This document shows, in pieces, positions 36,201-49,346 of a stretch of 64,000 nucleotides of DNA (the first letter of the stretch is position 1; each line of letters starts with the position of its first letter). A model generated the notes under the pieces. The model worked only from the letters and a program-made list of their open reading frames with translations. It did not search any database and was not told where the DNA came from. The DNA comes from Parasitella parasitica NRRL 2501. Taxonomy: Eukaryota; Fungi; Mucoromycota. The position numbers and the translations under genes are program-made. Location of the stretch: positions 62,001 to 126,000 of the forward strand of contig MU619312.1 in assembly GCA_025201805.1 (NCBI GenBank). Reading direction: 5' to 3'.

Positions 36201-39200
36201 GTTGGATGCCACGAATTGATTTACAAAGTGTATCCTTTGCAGTTTCTCTAGGTTCAGTTTCTACAAACCTACGCAAAGCGACATCATTTTTTAAGTAGCT
36301 CTCTCTAACACTGACTCTAGCCTGGACTTACCTGATAGCAATCAACACTAGCAAATCTAAAAAGGTTAAAGACTTATTTGCTTCGTACTCTAGTGCGGCT
36401 TGGGCAATTTTCGCAATTTTCCCCTCGCTATCCACAGTGTGATTTTTACACGTTTTCAATACATTCAATCCTCCAAAAGTGATTAATGTGATCAGAGTTG
36501 TAAACATATAATCGATAATGTCCGTATCAAAAGCTTTCAGATATACAAAATATGAGATTTGGGTCGTCTTGTTTTGCCCATTCTTTTTTAATTGCTGGTT
36601 TTTCCATCCTACACTGAGCTCTGCTGGTCGGCGCAATATGTGTTGATCAAGCAGGGCTAGCAAGAATGGCTCTAAAAGCCGCACATAACTCTTCAGATGG
36701 CATCGAATCCACAAATCTCCTGCTCTTCGATCCAAAGGAGATGCACCATCTCTCAGTAAATCCAACATCAGAAACATGGGTCTTGAAAAGACTACACTTG
36801 CCTCTGACCTATTGTCTGATAACTCCCAAACAATCCCAAATTTCTCATAGTTGTCAAGTCTTTCTTGATCGTCTTCTGGATGTATGATATAATTGGAGAT
36901 GATAGTTTCAATCTGGTGAGGTAATGAAGTTTCAATCAATTGCCACAACAGCTCTATAGTTCGCATATGAAGCAATTGCAGTGAAGGCGACAAAAATCCC
37001 CAAAGCTTATCCATAATGGCCCTAATGTGTGATGTCTGTTTAAGGGCTGCAGGGTCGATGAAGCGCGGCTGTTTCACAAGCAATGTCAACGTAGATAGTC
37101 CCGCATCTACAATGCCAAACACCTGAACTTGCTGGCAGCATTTGAGCAACACAGTCGTCAATGTATTGGATCGCTTCAGTTGAAATTCTGCATCGGCGGC
37201 ATATTTAGCGACAATGGTCAAAGCAGTACACGCACCCAAGAACACGCGCTCCAAATGATGCTCGATATGCTTCAATCGTTTGCCCTCTACACCGACATCT
37301 ACACCGCTCAGAAGATTGTCGGCGATAATGTAATCGTTCACAAAGTCAATCAAAAAGCTCGTAATATTGTCGGAAATCTCTCTAACTAATGCTTGTCCAC
37401 GCAGCGAATCAAACTCGGGACGAGATTGATAGGGCTGATGTTGAGGTTGAGATCGAGACATGTTGACAGAAGACGATAAATCACCTGCCTCTTCGTTGTT
37501 TGTAGTTACTTGCTCTCCATTATCTGCCTCCGAGAATTGCTGCTGTGATTGTTGCGATGTTTGTCCAATGCCGTAAAATTCACGCACATAATCCAAAATA
37601 TTTGTATCCGATGTAAACTGTCTGCGGTTTTCCTTGTTACCATCTTCAGTCCGAGGAGCAGCACGGTTCACAAATACTAATTCAGGTAAACGCTCTAAGA
37701 TATTGAGGATCAATGCAATGCATTGGTTCACTTGAGGTAAAAGTTCAACGAAATTTGGTATTTTCAAAGCAAAGTTCAGCTTCTTAACAAGCGCCGCAAG
37801 AATCAGAGGAAAGTGAATTTGCTTGATTTCGTCGTCTGCGAAATGGAACGATTCCAATGTGAATTCTACCAAGCGCAAGCTATCGAGCGTGCCGATGGAT
37901 TTCGATGATTTTTTGTTTGTCATTGCCGTGCCTGAGAAACAAGTATCGATCAATTCGAACAATTTCATACAAACGAGGTAAGGCTCTACCATATCCATCC
38001 ACATGTTTGCAGTCTTCATTACCTCCTCTTGTTGTTTTGACTTTGCGCTGGATTTCAAACTAATGAGCGAGTCAATAAAGATGTTATTTACAATAGGCTG
38101 GCCCAATTCCCATTTGTCCATAAGCGAGATCAGTATTTTGTAAGGTCTTTGTTGTTCCATTTCGGCAGATATATCTGGGTGTTGCTGCTGCGTCTGAAAC
38201 ATGCCTCGCATTGCTTGTGTAGCTGGTTTCTCAGCAAAGGTGTTAAAGTATAAAACTTGAGCCTGTGTTGTTCCTTCAGTGCCCAACAGCCATGCATATA
38301 ATCGCCTATTCAGTGACATGTCCTTTCGAAGCACGATACTCAACGCAGCTCGCATCAATATCACCAGATCATCGTGAGGTATCATGCGGCTTCTCAGCAT
38401 GAAATTTTGTACCAGCAATTCCAGCATGCCACGTTGTACCAGTAATTGTTGATCATTTAACGTAGACGCAAATGCCCTCACCATCAAACTTACGTTTTCT
38501 TTGCCTCCTAAAACTAGAGCGACAGCTGAAAGAGTTGGTGGACATATTAGCTCGTGATAAGGAACATCGAGTATGCATAATTTACCTTCTCTGTCTATTA
38601 TTTTAGGCAGTTTTCGAAGCAAGTAGTTTAGTGCGGGAGGACGAAGACTGGGGCTTCCGATCATAACCAGCCACATGCAGGAATAAAAGAATGGCAATTC
38701 TACAGTTTCTGATACACTTTCGATTAATAAAACCACTTTATCGAAATATTCACTGCCTTCCTCTTCCAATGCTGGCAACAAGGCAATGATAAATCCTCTC
38801 ATGGCAGGTCGTAATTTGCCTTTCAACGGAATATAATATCGTTCAAAAAGATTCAGCAATTGAGGCTACACGTCGCAAAATTAATGGTGAGCGCACAAAA
38901 GATAGTCTCTAGAAAGCTTACCTTGACATGTGTAGCTGCATATTGTACAAAAGGGAATAAGCCTGTCGACCACAATGCTAAATCCTCTGCCAATTGATCC
39001 GACTAGAACAAACGGGGTTAAATGGTAAGTAAATCGCAGCATGTTCAGACAAACTACTGCCCCTACCCCAATGGTTTTTAATATATAAGCATATACTTCC
39101 AACGTCTTTTGATGAACACCAGCGGGGAAGCCTGGATTTAGACACTGTGCTAATCTCTTGGCAACAAGCTGCTTGCGCGGTATAACTGGAAATTGGGGAT

Positions 39201-39670
39201 AAGCTTGAAAGGACTTTGTGTGTGCATGCGTGTTAGCTAAGCAAATGAATATCAATCAATAAGACTCACTTTGAGTAATCTACCGAGAAAAGAAATGATA
39301 TCTGCCCATTCGTTCACGGCATCGAACGACTGAAGGTTCTTTTCTATTAATTGTACATATTTTCTATACCTCGAGTCGTTTTGAAATGCTTGCTTGATTG
39401 TTAAAATGGAAATTAGAATACAAAAGATTGGGTTTACCTTGTTCTGTTAGTTGAGGGCCTGTTTAATATATTAGTTGCAATCGCGCATACTTTGGCTGTG
39501 TTTTGGCCTTTTTTTTTGCTGGTTGACTTACTTGGGATTTCAGGAGAGCTGTCCATGTTGTTGTTGCTTTCGCTTGTGCTAGTGTCTGAATTATTGTCGT
39601 TTGCTGCTCGCTGGGAGATTTTTTTTAGTAGCTTTTGTGAGATTGAGAGCAAGTTGTCACTATCGCTCAT
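33289..39670 (-). CDS. DOP1: Dopey / DOP1 endosome-Golgi trafficking protein, multi-exon
   Basis: Dopey_N motifs EWADIISFLGRL, KRLAQCLNPGFPAGVHQKTLEVY, ALEEEGSEYF, LRKDMSLNRRLYAWLLG; C-terminal NLRRLSF, CKFLDLL and KRPML. Confidence 0.95.
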
Positions 39671-39819
39671 GCCTCCTTTTTCAAGTTGGGTGCTAATAGT
39701 CAGGAAGAAAAGAAGAAAGGACACAAGTTTCTTAGAGTTTTGGCTTATTATATAACACACAAATCCATTCAACTCCGTGTTTTTTATTTCATGATGCTCA
39801 TCACGTGTAGCGAGATGGT

Positions 39820-41330
39820 TTAAAAGTTATGAGTTCTCTTTTTCTTGCCCACTCTCTTCTTTGATGCATTCGGATTTTTACGTCCGTAGCCAATAGTGTC
39901 GGTGCCAAACATGTTGTTGGTCACCTCTTTCGTATCTAATTTACCGTACAATGGGATGAAATCAGGATCAAACATGTCCACTACCGTCTTCTTGGATTTT
40001 CTCTGTGTGGCCTTGATGTAATCTCGCTGGTCTTCTCTCAACACAATGTTGTTGGATTTGCGGCCGCCCTTGGGAGGAGGAATGTCATACACTGTGCCAC
40101 GAAGTCTGTACTGAAAATTCTTTTTCAAGTGATATGCAATTTCACCTTTACTATTTGTACTGCATGTAACACGCTGAAGCGTCGCATTGCCACATTTAGG
40201 ACAGAACTTCTTTTCTAAATCATTGGTAACAAAGAAACAGGCGTGGCATCGCATCACTGAGTTTCTGATCTTTTTGACTCTATACCCTCCAGCAGACACC
40301 AAGTTTAAATTCATCTGTAACAACACATTCTGCATGGCAAAATCTGCAGTCATACAACCAACTGCCATTACAGCCTTCCTTTTGAGTTCATCAGCGGTGA
40401 CACCAATCTCGGCTGCCTTATATTCATCCACATTATCGGGTGTAATCCAGTCTCCACCATCTGAATCAGAGTCGTCTTCTGTTAGAGGAATTTGTGCTAT
40501 CTGTTCATTAATATTGCTCTTTTCAAGCGCTGCAGAAAGCTCATCTTGTTCACTTTTAGCATCATCTTCCTCCTTGACATCTTCCATTTCCACATGCTTC
40601 TCTTCCTTGACAGGCTCCTCCTTTTCCGGCTTTTCGCTCCTGTCAACAGGCAGCACTTTTTTGGGCGTGTTGTTGTATTTTTTAGCAGGAGCTCTCTTTG
40701 TATTGGTGGCGATCTCCCAGCCATCTTCGTCTACTTGTTTTTCTAATTGAGGTCTTTTGAGAAAAGACATTGGTGGGGGTGCGCTTGGAAGAGATCCACT
40801 AGGTCTAGACTGATTCAAACATTAGATTTTGGCCCACACATGTCTCGGGGAAACAGCTTACGACAAGAGGCTCTGCACGAATATTGGCATCTCCATTTTC
40901 TCTCTTCTCCAAAGTATATGTAAGAGCAAGCACTTTCAAATCAGGTTGTGAGAGTACCCCATAATCACCAGTCTTTTTGGAAAATTCGGTAACTGTGACA
41001 GGTTGTAAATGTCAAGGAACATTCTCGACATGAATCCAGCTCAAACTTACCAAACTTGATTGCTTCTTCCGTAGGATTCAAAATCTTCAATTCAAATGGT
41101 AACCGGGACAAGAATTCTCTAGAATGTGCACTTCTCAATTCGTAAAGAACTTCGGGGCATGTGTAAAACTCCTCGGCCATGTTTCTTAATGACATGCCGT
41201 TGATAATGGCATTTGTATCAATAATAAGGCATTTCAAGGTAGAGCTTGATCGAGTATCCACTTGCTGCTGTTGCTGTTCTTGTTGTTTCTCGGTGGCGGT
41301 GGTAGGTGCTGCTCCGATTACTTCAGACAT
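39820..41330 (-). CDS. NOB1: 20S pre-rRNA D-site endonuclease NOB1 (3 exons)
   Basis: PIN motif IIDTNAII; KTGDYGVLSQPDLKVLALTY; GDWITPDN; TADFAMQNVLLQM; Zn ribbon RCHACF..FCPKCGN; LREDQ. Confidence 0.96.
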
Positions 41331-41494
41331 ATTTCAAAAATCAAGATGAAAGATCGAGGAGCATCCTGAATGGCAAGAAAAAAAACTTTTGGCATCATGA
41401 ATAAAGGTCACTTAGATGGTCACATTGAAAGCTTTCTAATCTGCATTGCCTTTGCAAGGCTGTCTGTTTACGAGCCAATCATTCTAACAAAAAG

Positions 41495-42728
41495 ATGGAT
41501 TATACAGTAGATGATACCGTGCTGTTTTATGGCGTTATCAAGAACATTAAACATGTGCTAAAGTTAATAAAAACATTAGATATCAAGAATGTAATTTTGC
41601 AAGATTACGCTCAATACATTTGCTACTGATTAATTTGCGATTAGGTAATATCAATGTACATTCATGATGAAGGAATCATCTTGTCAGTAGAGGATCAACG
41701 TTCAGTAAAAGCAATAGCCTATTTCAAATTACACTTATTTCATTTATTCAACTTCAAACAAGATGCTATTATACCCGCTTTTGGCCTGCCTGTTGATGTT
41801 CTCTCCAACGGTCTTCGCATCATGTTGCCCGCTGCAGAAACTATCAACGTATTGCAGGGCTCAAACGATTATTGTGAAGTAACGTATGATGGAACAGGCT
41901 CATATCTTACATTAAGGCACGTACTTGGCATGGATTGATGTTTGTACGTTATTAATACTCTTGCGAAATGCTAGACGTCTGATTCGGGAACCCAATACCC
42001 AGCAGCATCAAACCATGAAATGCGAACTAATTCCATTTGAACCCGAAGAAGAGAGCACACAATTACAGTTTGAAGACTCTACAGGCGAAGAATCACAGAG
42101 AATGATTATGAAAGTAAGTCGAACTAAAGCCATTACCGATATTACCTTCAACACTAACCTGTGGCACAGTCAATTTGGTTTAAAGATTTGATGAATGATT
42201 TGGATTCTGGATACCATAAAATCAGCTTAACCATGTCGCCGAATGACCCACCTTTCAAAGTTGTTGCTGAAGGCGCTGATCTTTTGACAGAAGCAGACTG
42301 CCCTCAAGATTCCGAGCCTTTCATTAACTTTGTATGCAACCGGGAATTGACATTCAGGTAAGTAGAGTTAGAAGTTACACAGAGATTTGATAATCTAAAA
42401 GTGACTGATCTGGCGATAATCTACTCTAGCTACCTCTATTCTCATATAGTACAATGTAAGAAAGCTCTCGACCTGTCAAACGAAGTATCCCTCGAGATGT
42501 ACAACAATGGAGCACTTCGATTGTTTGTAGGTTATTCGTTTTTAAAATGTCTTTTTTTTTTTTTTTTACTTACACCTTCAATAGTTTCAGATTGAAGGAC
42601 CTCTCGGTAAACTTGACACTATCCAGTTTAACGTAAGCATTTCTTATATAACATTACTCACACAATGTGCTAATAAATTGCACATTTCAAATATATCATA
42701 GTTTCTTCCATCAACGAATGTTACCTAG
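41495..42728 (+). CDS. RAD1: 9-1-1 checkpoint clamp subunit Rad1/Rec1/Rad17-like (about 7 exons)
   Basis: GIILSVEDQRSVKAIAYF..LF..F, YDGTGSYLTL, CELIPFEPEE, IMKSIWF..L..LD, ISLTMSP..PPF, YLYSHI...KAL..S..VSL...GAL. Confidence 0.72.
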
Positions 42729-42944
42729 AAAGGAAATCCATCGGAGATTGGAGGCATGATGGATCTGTTTTCTTTTGCACATCGATACTTCTCCAAACAA
42801 AAGTTTTCCATTTTTTCGTTAGCATGTTAGATTGCCCAGCATATTCGCATAATAAAGTCACATCTACCTTATCCATCTTTGTAGCAACAATTATAAATAG
42901 TGGCTATATATCTTTTACCTCCACTTTTAGTTTATTTCAGATAG

Positions 42945-44261
<1,317 letters not shown>

Positions 44262-44989
44262 TCACATAAAATCATTATCTATATTTCTAGAAAAATTATT
44301 TTTCATACCATTGTTTTTTTTTTGTATATTATTAACACATATTATTAAAGCTCGTGTCTTACCTTGATTGTTATACAGTATCTTTGTTTGTCTATTTGTT
44401 ACCTATCAATCGGGTTCTTCAAAAAGTATTATTATTTTCTCACGAAGGACATGTCTGCTTTAGTTTCAGATGTGTGATGTGCTTATAGATGCAATAGCTC
44501 ATCTGTCAATCAAATATGTGTGATCCTTGACTAATCATCAATGCTGAACGAACGTTGTTTCGCAGGATAAGGCAGATGGTTAAGAGTAGCATAAATCAAC
44601 TTCCTTTTGTGAAATTCAGTCAAATTAAATTCATGTTGAAGCAGTGCGGATCAGCTATCATCGAAGCAGGATAGAACCATATATCAAATATCAAATTGTA
44701 CAAATAACGTTGGAGAAAATTTTAAGCATTTTCTTGATTGACACCCATGTCAATCTTAGCTATTTCTTTCAACAATTAACATCGTGTATCTGGAAAATTA
44801 CATTTTCTATCACCTATAATCATCGGCTGTGCTCATTTTTAGAGCCTCCTCAAGCTACACGTTTGAAGATATTAGATTATAGCCTGTGCTAAAATCACCG
44901 TAGAACCGAGATCTAACTTGGAAAACTTAGCGTTGACTTGGCGCTATCTGGAAACAACGTTAGCTTCCATGTTTTTATTGATATCTGAT

Positions 44990-45298
44990 TTATCAGAATG
45001 AGAAATTATTCAAATAAAACGGTTGTGAATTAATCAGGTAGAGATCTTGTTTATTACATGGAAAAAATGATGGTTTATATACTAGTGAATCTAAGTGGAC
45101 TGATGGGAGGATAAGATACAAGTGTGTGACATGGTGTGATTTAGAGAATGGAACGATAGATTGTACCCGGTATCTATTGTCCATGAACATGTCATGTTGA
45201 GTTATAAATAAGGAACATGATCCATTGGGATATGTTCCTGAATTGTGTTCAGGATTGAGTTTACTTGAGTTTGACTTCCGGTTGGGAAATTGACACAT
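44990..45298 (-). mobile_element. Possible solo-LTR-like fragment
   Basis: Minus strand starts TG and carries TATATAAA followed about 20 nt later by AATAAA, away from any gene start. No TSD found. Confidence 0.2.
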
Positions 45299-45499
45299 AG
45301 TTAATAAAGAGTGTTTTGAACCGTAAATCTTTTAATAGTATGTATCACATAATCGTGAAATACAGAACAAAATAATTAATGCATTTATCGCTAGAATCAT
45401 TCCTTACTGCTTGGATATATTGGATAATTTCAAGGCATTGCCTGTATTAGTAGTGGCCAGCATTGATGGTATTTTGAGCAAGGATTTTTGCAGTTTTGT

Positions 45500-47230
45500 A
45501 TTAGACAAATAGGATGGCAGTCAAGTTACACGCATCTTTGCCCGTAGTGTACGAAGAAAATTTAAACATATACTGCGGATTCCATTGTAAAACACATTGG
45601 CATATGATTTTATTATCCCTCAAGAGAAAAATATTATGATTCTTGATGAATCATCATCTACATTTCACGATAGATTATTATGAAAAAAACCCCCCCAACT
45701 ATTTTTGCAGATAACTTTTGATCGACACTTTGTCTAGTAGAAACCAAACAATGCTCAGATAGCCATGATCATGTCTGTTTTTATAAAGCATAAAATAGGC
45801 TTTATTTGGCACTTTAATGAAGCCTATCAGCGATTATACATGAAAATTTGTGAAATCGAGCTTGAAATAAATACTATTTAATTGAGCTGAAGAGGGTCTG
45901 GGGGAGGGGCACTCTCCCACAAGAGAGGGCCCATATTTACTGACGAAGTATTTGTAGGCATCAACTTCACTTTTGGCTGGAATGTCCTTGTTGTGCTATT
46001 GATCAAATATATCATCGAATGAAAAAGGTGTTGTTGTATCTTCGAGCTCGTCTTGACACAGACTTTGTGTCTACTATCAACAAGTGGCTCCTGAAAATTA
46101 CCAACCAAAGGACCCAAATCATGGTTTTTCTTTCTTAAAGGATTTGCATACGTATCAAACATGAATGTTTTTTCCAGCATTTTTGTCTAAATGACAATTG
46201 CAATTATTGATGAAAAATGGCGGTATGGTCTGCTTAGGTTCTACACATAGAACTTGTGTAGATGGCTCTAACAGATTCTGCTATTTTCATACCTTAATTG
46301 CGAACCGAAAAAGGAAAACCTTTTGCTTGGATGGTAAGAAATAGCGTGCCTATACCCTATTCACTTCTGGCTAGAATACTAAGGGACCCTGAAGGAAAAT
46401 AGGAGATGCAAGAATTTCAGCATTATATCTAAGAAATTTACCTTTAAAAAAATAAAAGCACAATCCTGGAGAAAAGGCAATTATAATATTGACACCAACA
46501 ACTACATTGAGACGTGGCACAGACACTTGAAAGAAGTCTACTTGATGAATATCAAAAAGCAAGGGACGATGTGCTTCGTGATATGATGCAAGATCATTTA
46601 AGAACCACGTCAGGCATTCAAGCAAGATAAATTAACGATACTGCGAAAAGCACTCAATGATATGGAGGCAGATGCCTTAGTCGCTTCTCAAGGCAGCTTA
46701 ATTCAAATTTTGTCATTTCCTTCTGATGTTAAAAGCTATAAAATCGATGATGACCTTCAGCTAAATAGAACAAAAATACATTTGCATGGATTATCAAACT
46801 AACAAAGCTACTTGTAAGCAAATGTACCTTGTAAGTAAATATCTAAACGATACTTCATCTTATTATTAATAATCTTAAATGCTCTGTCGTACTAGGAGCA
46901 TAGTGTTAACAACATTACCTTGGCCAAAAAGATGCTCACTTTCCAATGAGTGCAGTATAAAAAGACACAAGGAGCAAATTGTAATCAATACAGCTATACA
47001 GCAGGAAAAAAGACAGGAATTGTTGTTTGAGGAGTAAGTATCAGAACTGTCATTCAGTGTATGATTAATTATGCTTCTATAGGTCTCACTGAAGTAGACT
47101 ATAGTGTTTCTACTGGTCCCTATATGAATAAATGGCAGAATACTTGAGATAAAGTTTTCAACAAAATGAAAGCATGCAAGTATGTAGAAACAACAAGTTA
47201 GGAAGCCACCAAAGTATATTTCACAAAATG
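45500..47230 (+). mobile_element. Decayed MULE (Mutator-like) transposase with SWIM zinc finger; boundaries approximate
   Basis: Fragments VCLGSTHRTC (decayed CLDSTH, ~46228), KGKPFAWMVRNS, SWRK..IDTNNYIETWHRHLKEVYL (~46464-46545) and decayed SWIM YICMDYQTNKATCKQMYLV (~46777-46835); many stops and frameshifts. Confidence 0.75.
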
Positions 47231-48599
47231 TCAATAAATAATCATAACGTTACTATTAAATAGTTACCAGCTATTATTAGTTAAAGGAGAAGGCTTTGAA
47301 AGTTTTCGACACAAGTATTATGGATTCTGATACGCCAAGTCGCTATCACTTGAACACTACTTATAAGAGATATAAAGAAGGGGTAACACACAATAAGAAA
47401 AAAATATATGGGATCAAAGGCTATGTTTATTATCTTCGTAGGCTGGTGAAAGTCATCTTGTTTGATTGTTTACTAGTTTTCTCACTTCTTGCTGACACCC
47501 GCTTACAACGCGCCATCATCCCACCCGTGTGAGTTACTCGAGCTACTCAAGCTACTCAATTTATGCAAAATTATGGAAGAAGTATTTTCTGAGGTTTCTC
47601 CTTGTATAGTCAAAACCAAACCGAAAAACATGAAAAAAGCCCTTATTTTCGGTTTCCTTGCCTCACTCCTTGCCTCTGCTTACCTCCCGTTACCTCCCAT
47701 TACCTTTCTTCACCCATATTTGCCTGCATTTGGCCGTATCTTTTGACCAAATAGCATTCAAGCATTTGTTAAAAATTACACGAAAAAACCTACTCTTGTC
47801 TTTAACAGAGTAAACTCTATAGCGTATAACTCCATATGAGTATCATTGATCATCTCTTTGACAACCGGATACATAATACGATTAGAAGGACTTTCTGGGT
47901 GTTTATTCATTAGAAACGGAGCACGAGAACTTATTGTTTCGACGACGAATAACTCATCGTCAACAACAAGATCAGCAATCTGTCCTGTCCATCTTTATAA
48001 AGAAACTGCGATACTTGAAGCCACCAAAGGCTACTATTTATTCGACATGTCTCTTTACTAACAATTTACCAAGAGCCGATTTCATTGTAACATCTTTATT
48101 TCTTGGTCTAATCTCTTGACCTGTTGTACGAGCTTATTGATGGTAGATTCCTTCAAACCTCTGGCAAAACGTGTCCGTTGGATGCCATATTCATGTGATT
48201 TAATCTGGCTCTTTGCCATGTTGCGTTTCTTTAGGGTCTCTTATGCTCTGGATTGTACGAGTCGACAATAGCCTATAATAGCTCATGTTTGGTAGTTTTT
48301 ATCAGCAGTCGCTTTTACTGAATGGCTTCGCTTGCAATTGTTGCAGAGTGCGCGCGTGGTGATGTTATTGCACTCAATCAATCGGATAATGAGCACATGT
48401 AACTGAAACAAACGGATTGAGTAGTTTTTTCATTGTGTTTTTATGCGGGAAAAAAAAGTGGGAGATGGAGACAAATTGAGGGGTGTATTGTGTGGTGATA
48501 AAAGTAAAAAAAAATTACGTTACATAAACAAAATTGAAGGGACAAGATTAGAAGCACCTGAAATTTCCTTAAAGTGTACATTAATATATAGACATGAGC

Positions 48600-49134
48600 T
48601 TAAAATCCGTGAATCTTGATCTCGCTCTTTTTAGCAATGCCTTCAGTTACTATAAATTCGCCTAGCTTTACACGATGGTCGCCTTGCAATTGAATGATCT
48701 CGCCGTGCTCCTCGTCTTCAATGACTGTACCGTTACAAGCAAAACTTTTCTTTACTGCTTTCAATAAACGTTTGCAATCTATTTCTTTAGGTAACCCTTG
48801 AAGAGTGGTCAAGGTCTTTCTGCCATTACGTTGTTGAACACGGATATCTAATCAGTATTTGTCATATAGTGTGCGTAGAAACAGAGAGCGAAAGTTGTTG
48901 GTTGGTTTGAAGGGAACGGCGTGGATAAAGAAGAAAAAATAACAGGGTTGCTTGATGAGTCGAAAGCTGCACTATATTCTTTATCTATTACTCACGGAAA
49001 TAATTTGATTTAGATGTACCCTTGTCTTCCTCGACATCGGCAAAAGGATCTATATTTTATCTGATCTTTTAGTAATCGAATAGCAATCGCAAAAGTAAAA
49101 TCGTACCAAAAGGCTGGTTCAATTCTTCAGACAT
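48600..49134 (-). CDS. SUI1: Translation initiation factor eIF1 (SUI1), 3 exons
   Basis: Spliced MSEELNQPF|DPFADVEEDKGTSKSNYF|HIRVQQRNGRKTLTTLQGLPKEID.KRLLKAVKKSFACNGTV...GEIIQLQGDHR...IKIHGF. Confidence 0.95.
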
Positions 49135-49346
49135 GCTTTAAAAACGGATGGATGGATGTATTGGAAAGAGAAGAAAAGGGATAGTCGTGTTGCATTTGAT
49201 GTCGCCTCTTCTCTACCCGGGCTGATTTGCCATTACAGTGCCACCGAAACATGACTTTGCGAAATGTTCAAGTTCCGAGAATCAAAGCATAAGAATGTGC
49301 ATAAACCAAATGCCTCTTTTTTTTGCTTCTTTTCTTGGTATTCAAG

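Noticed and set aside
48952-48967. Hammerhead-like TTGATGA-GTC-GAAA on the plus strand
   Set aside because: Lacks the CUGA core and a pairable stem II, and is antisense to the eIF1 transcript.
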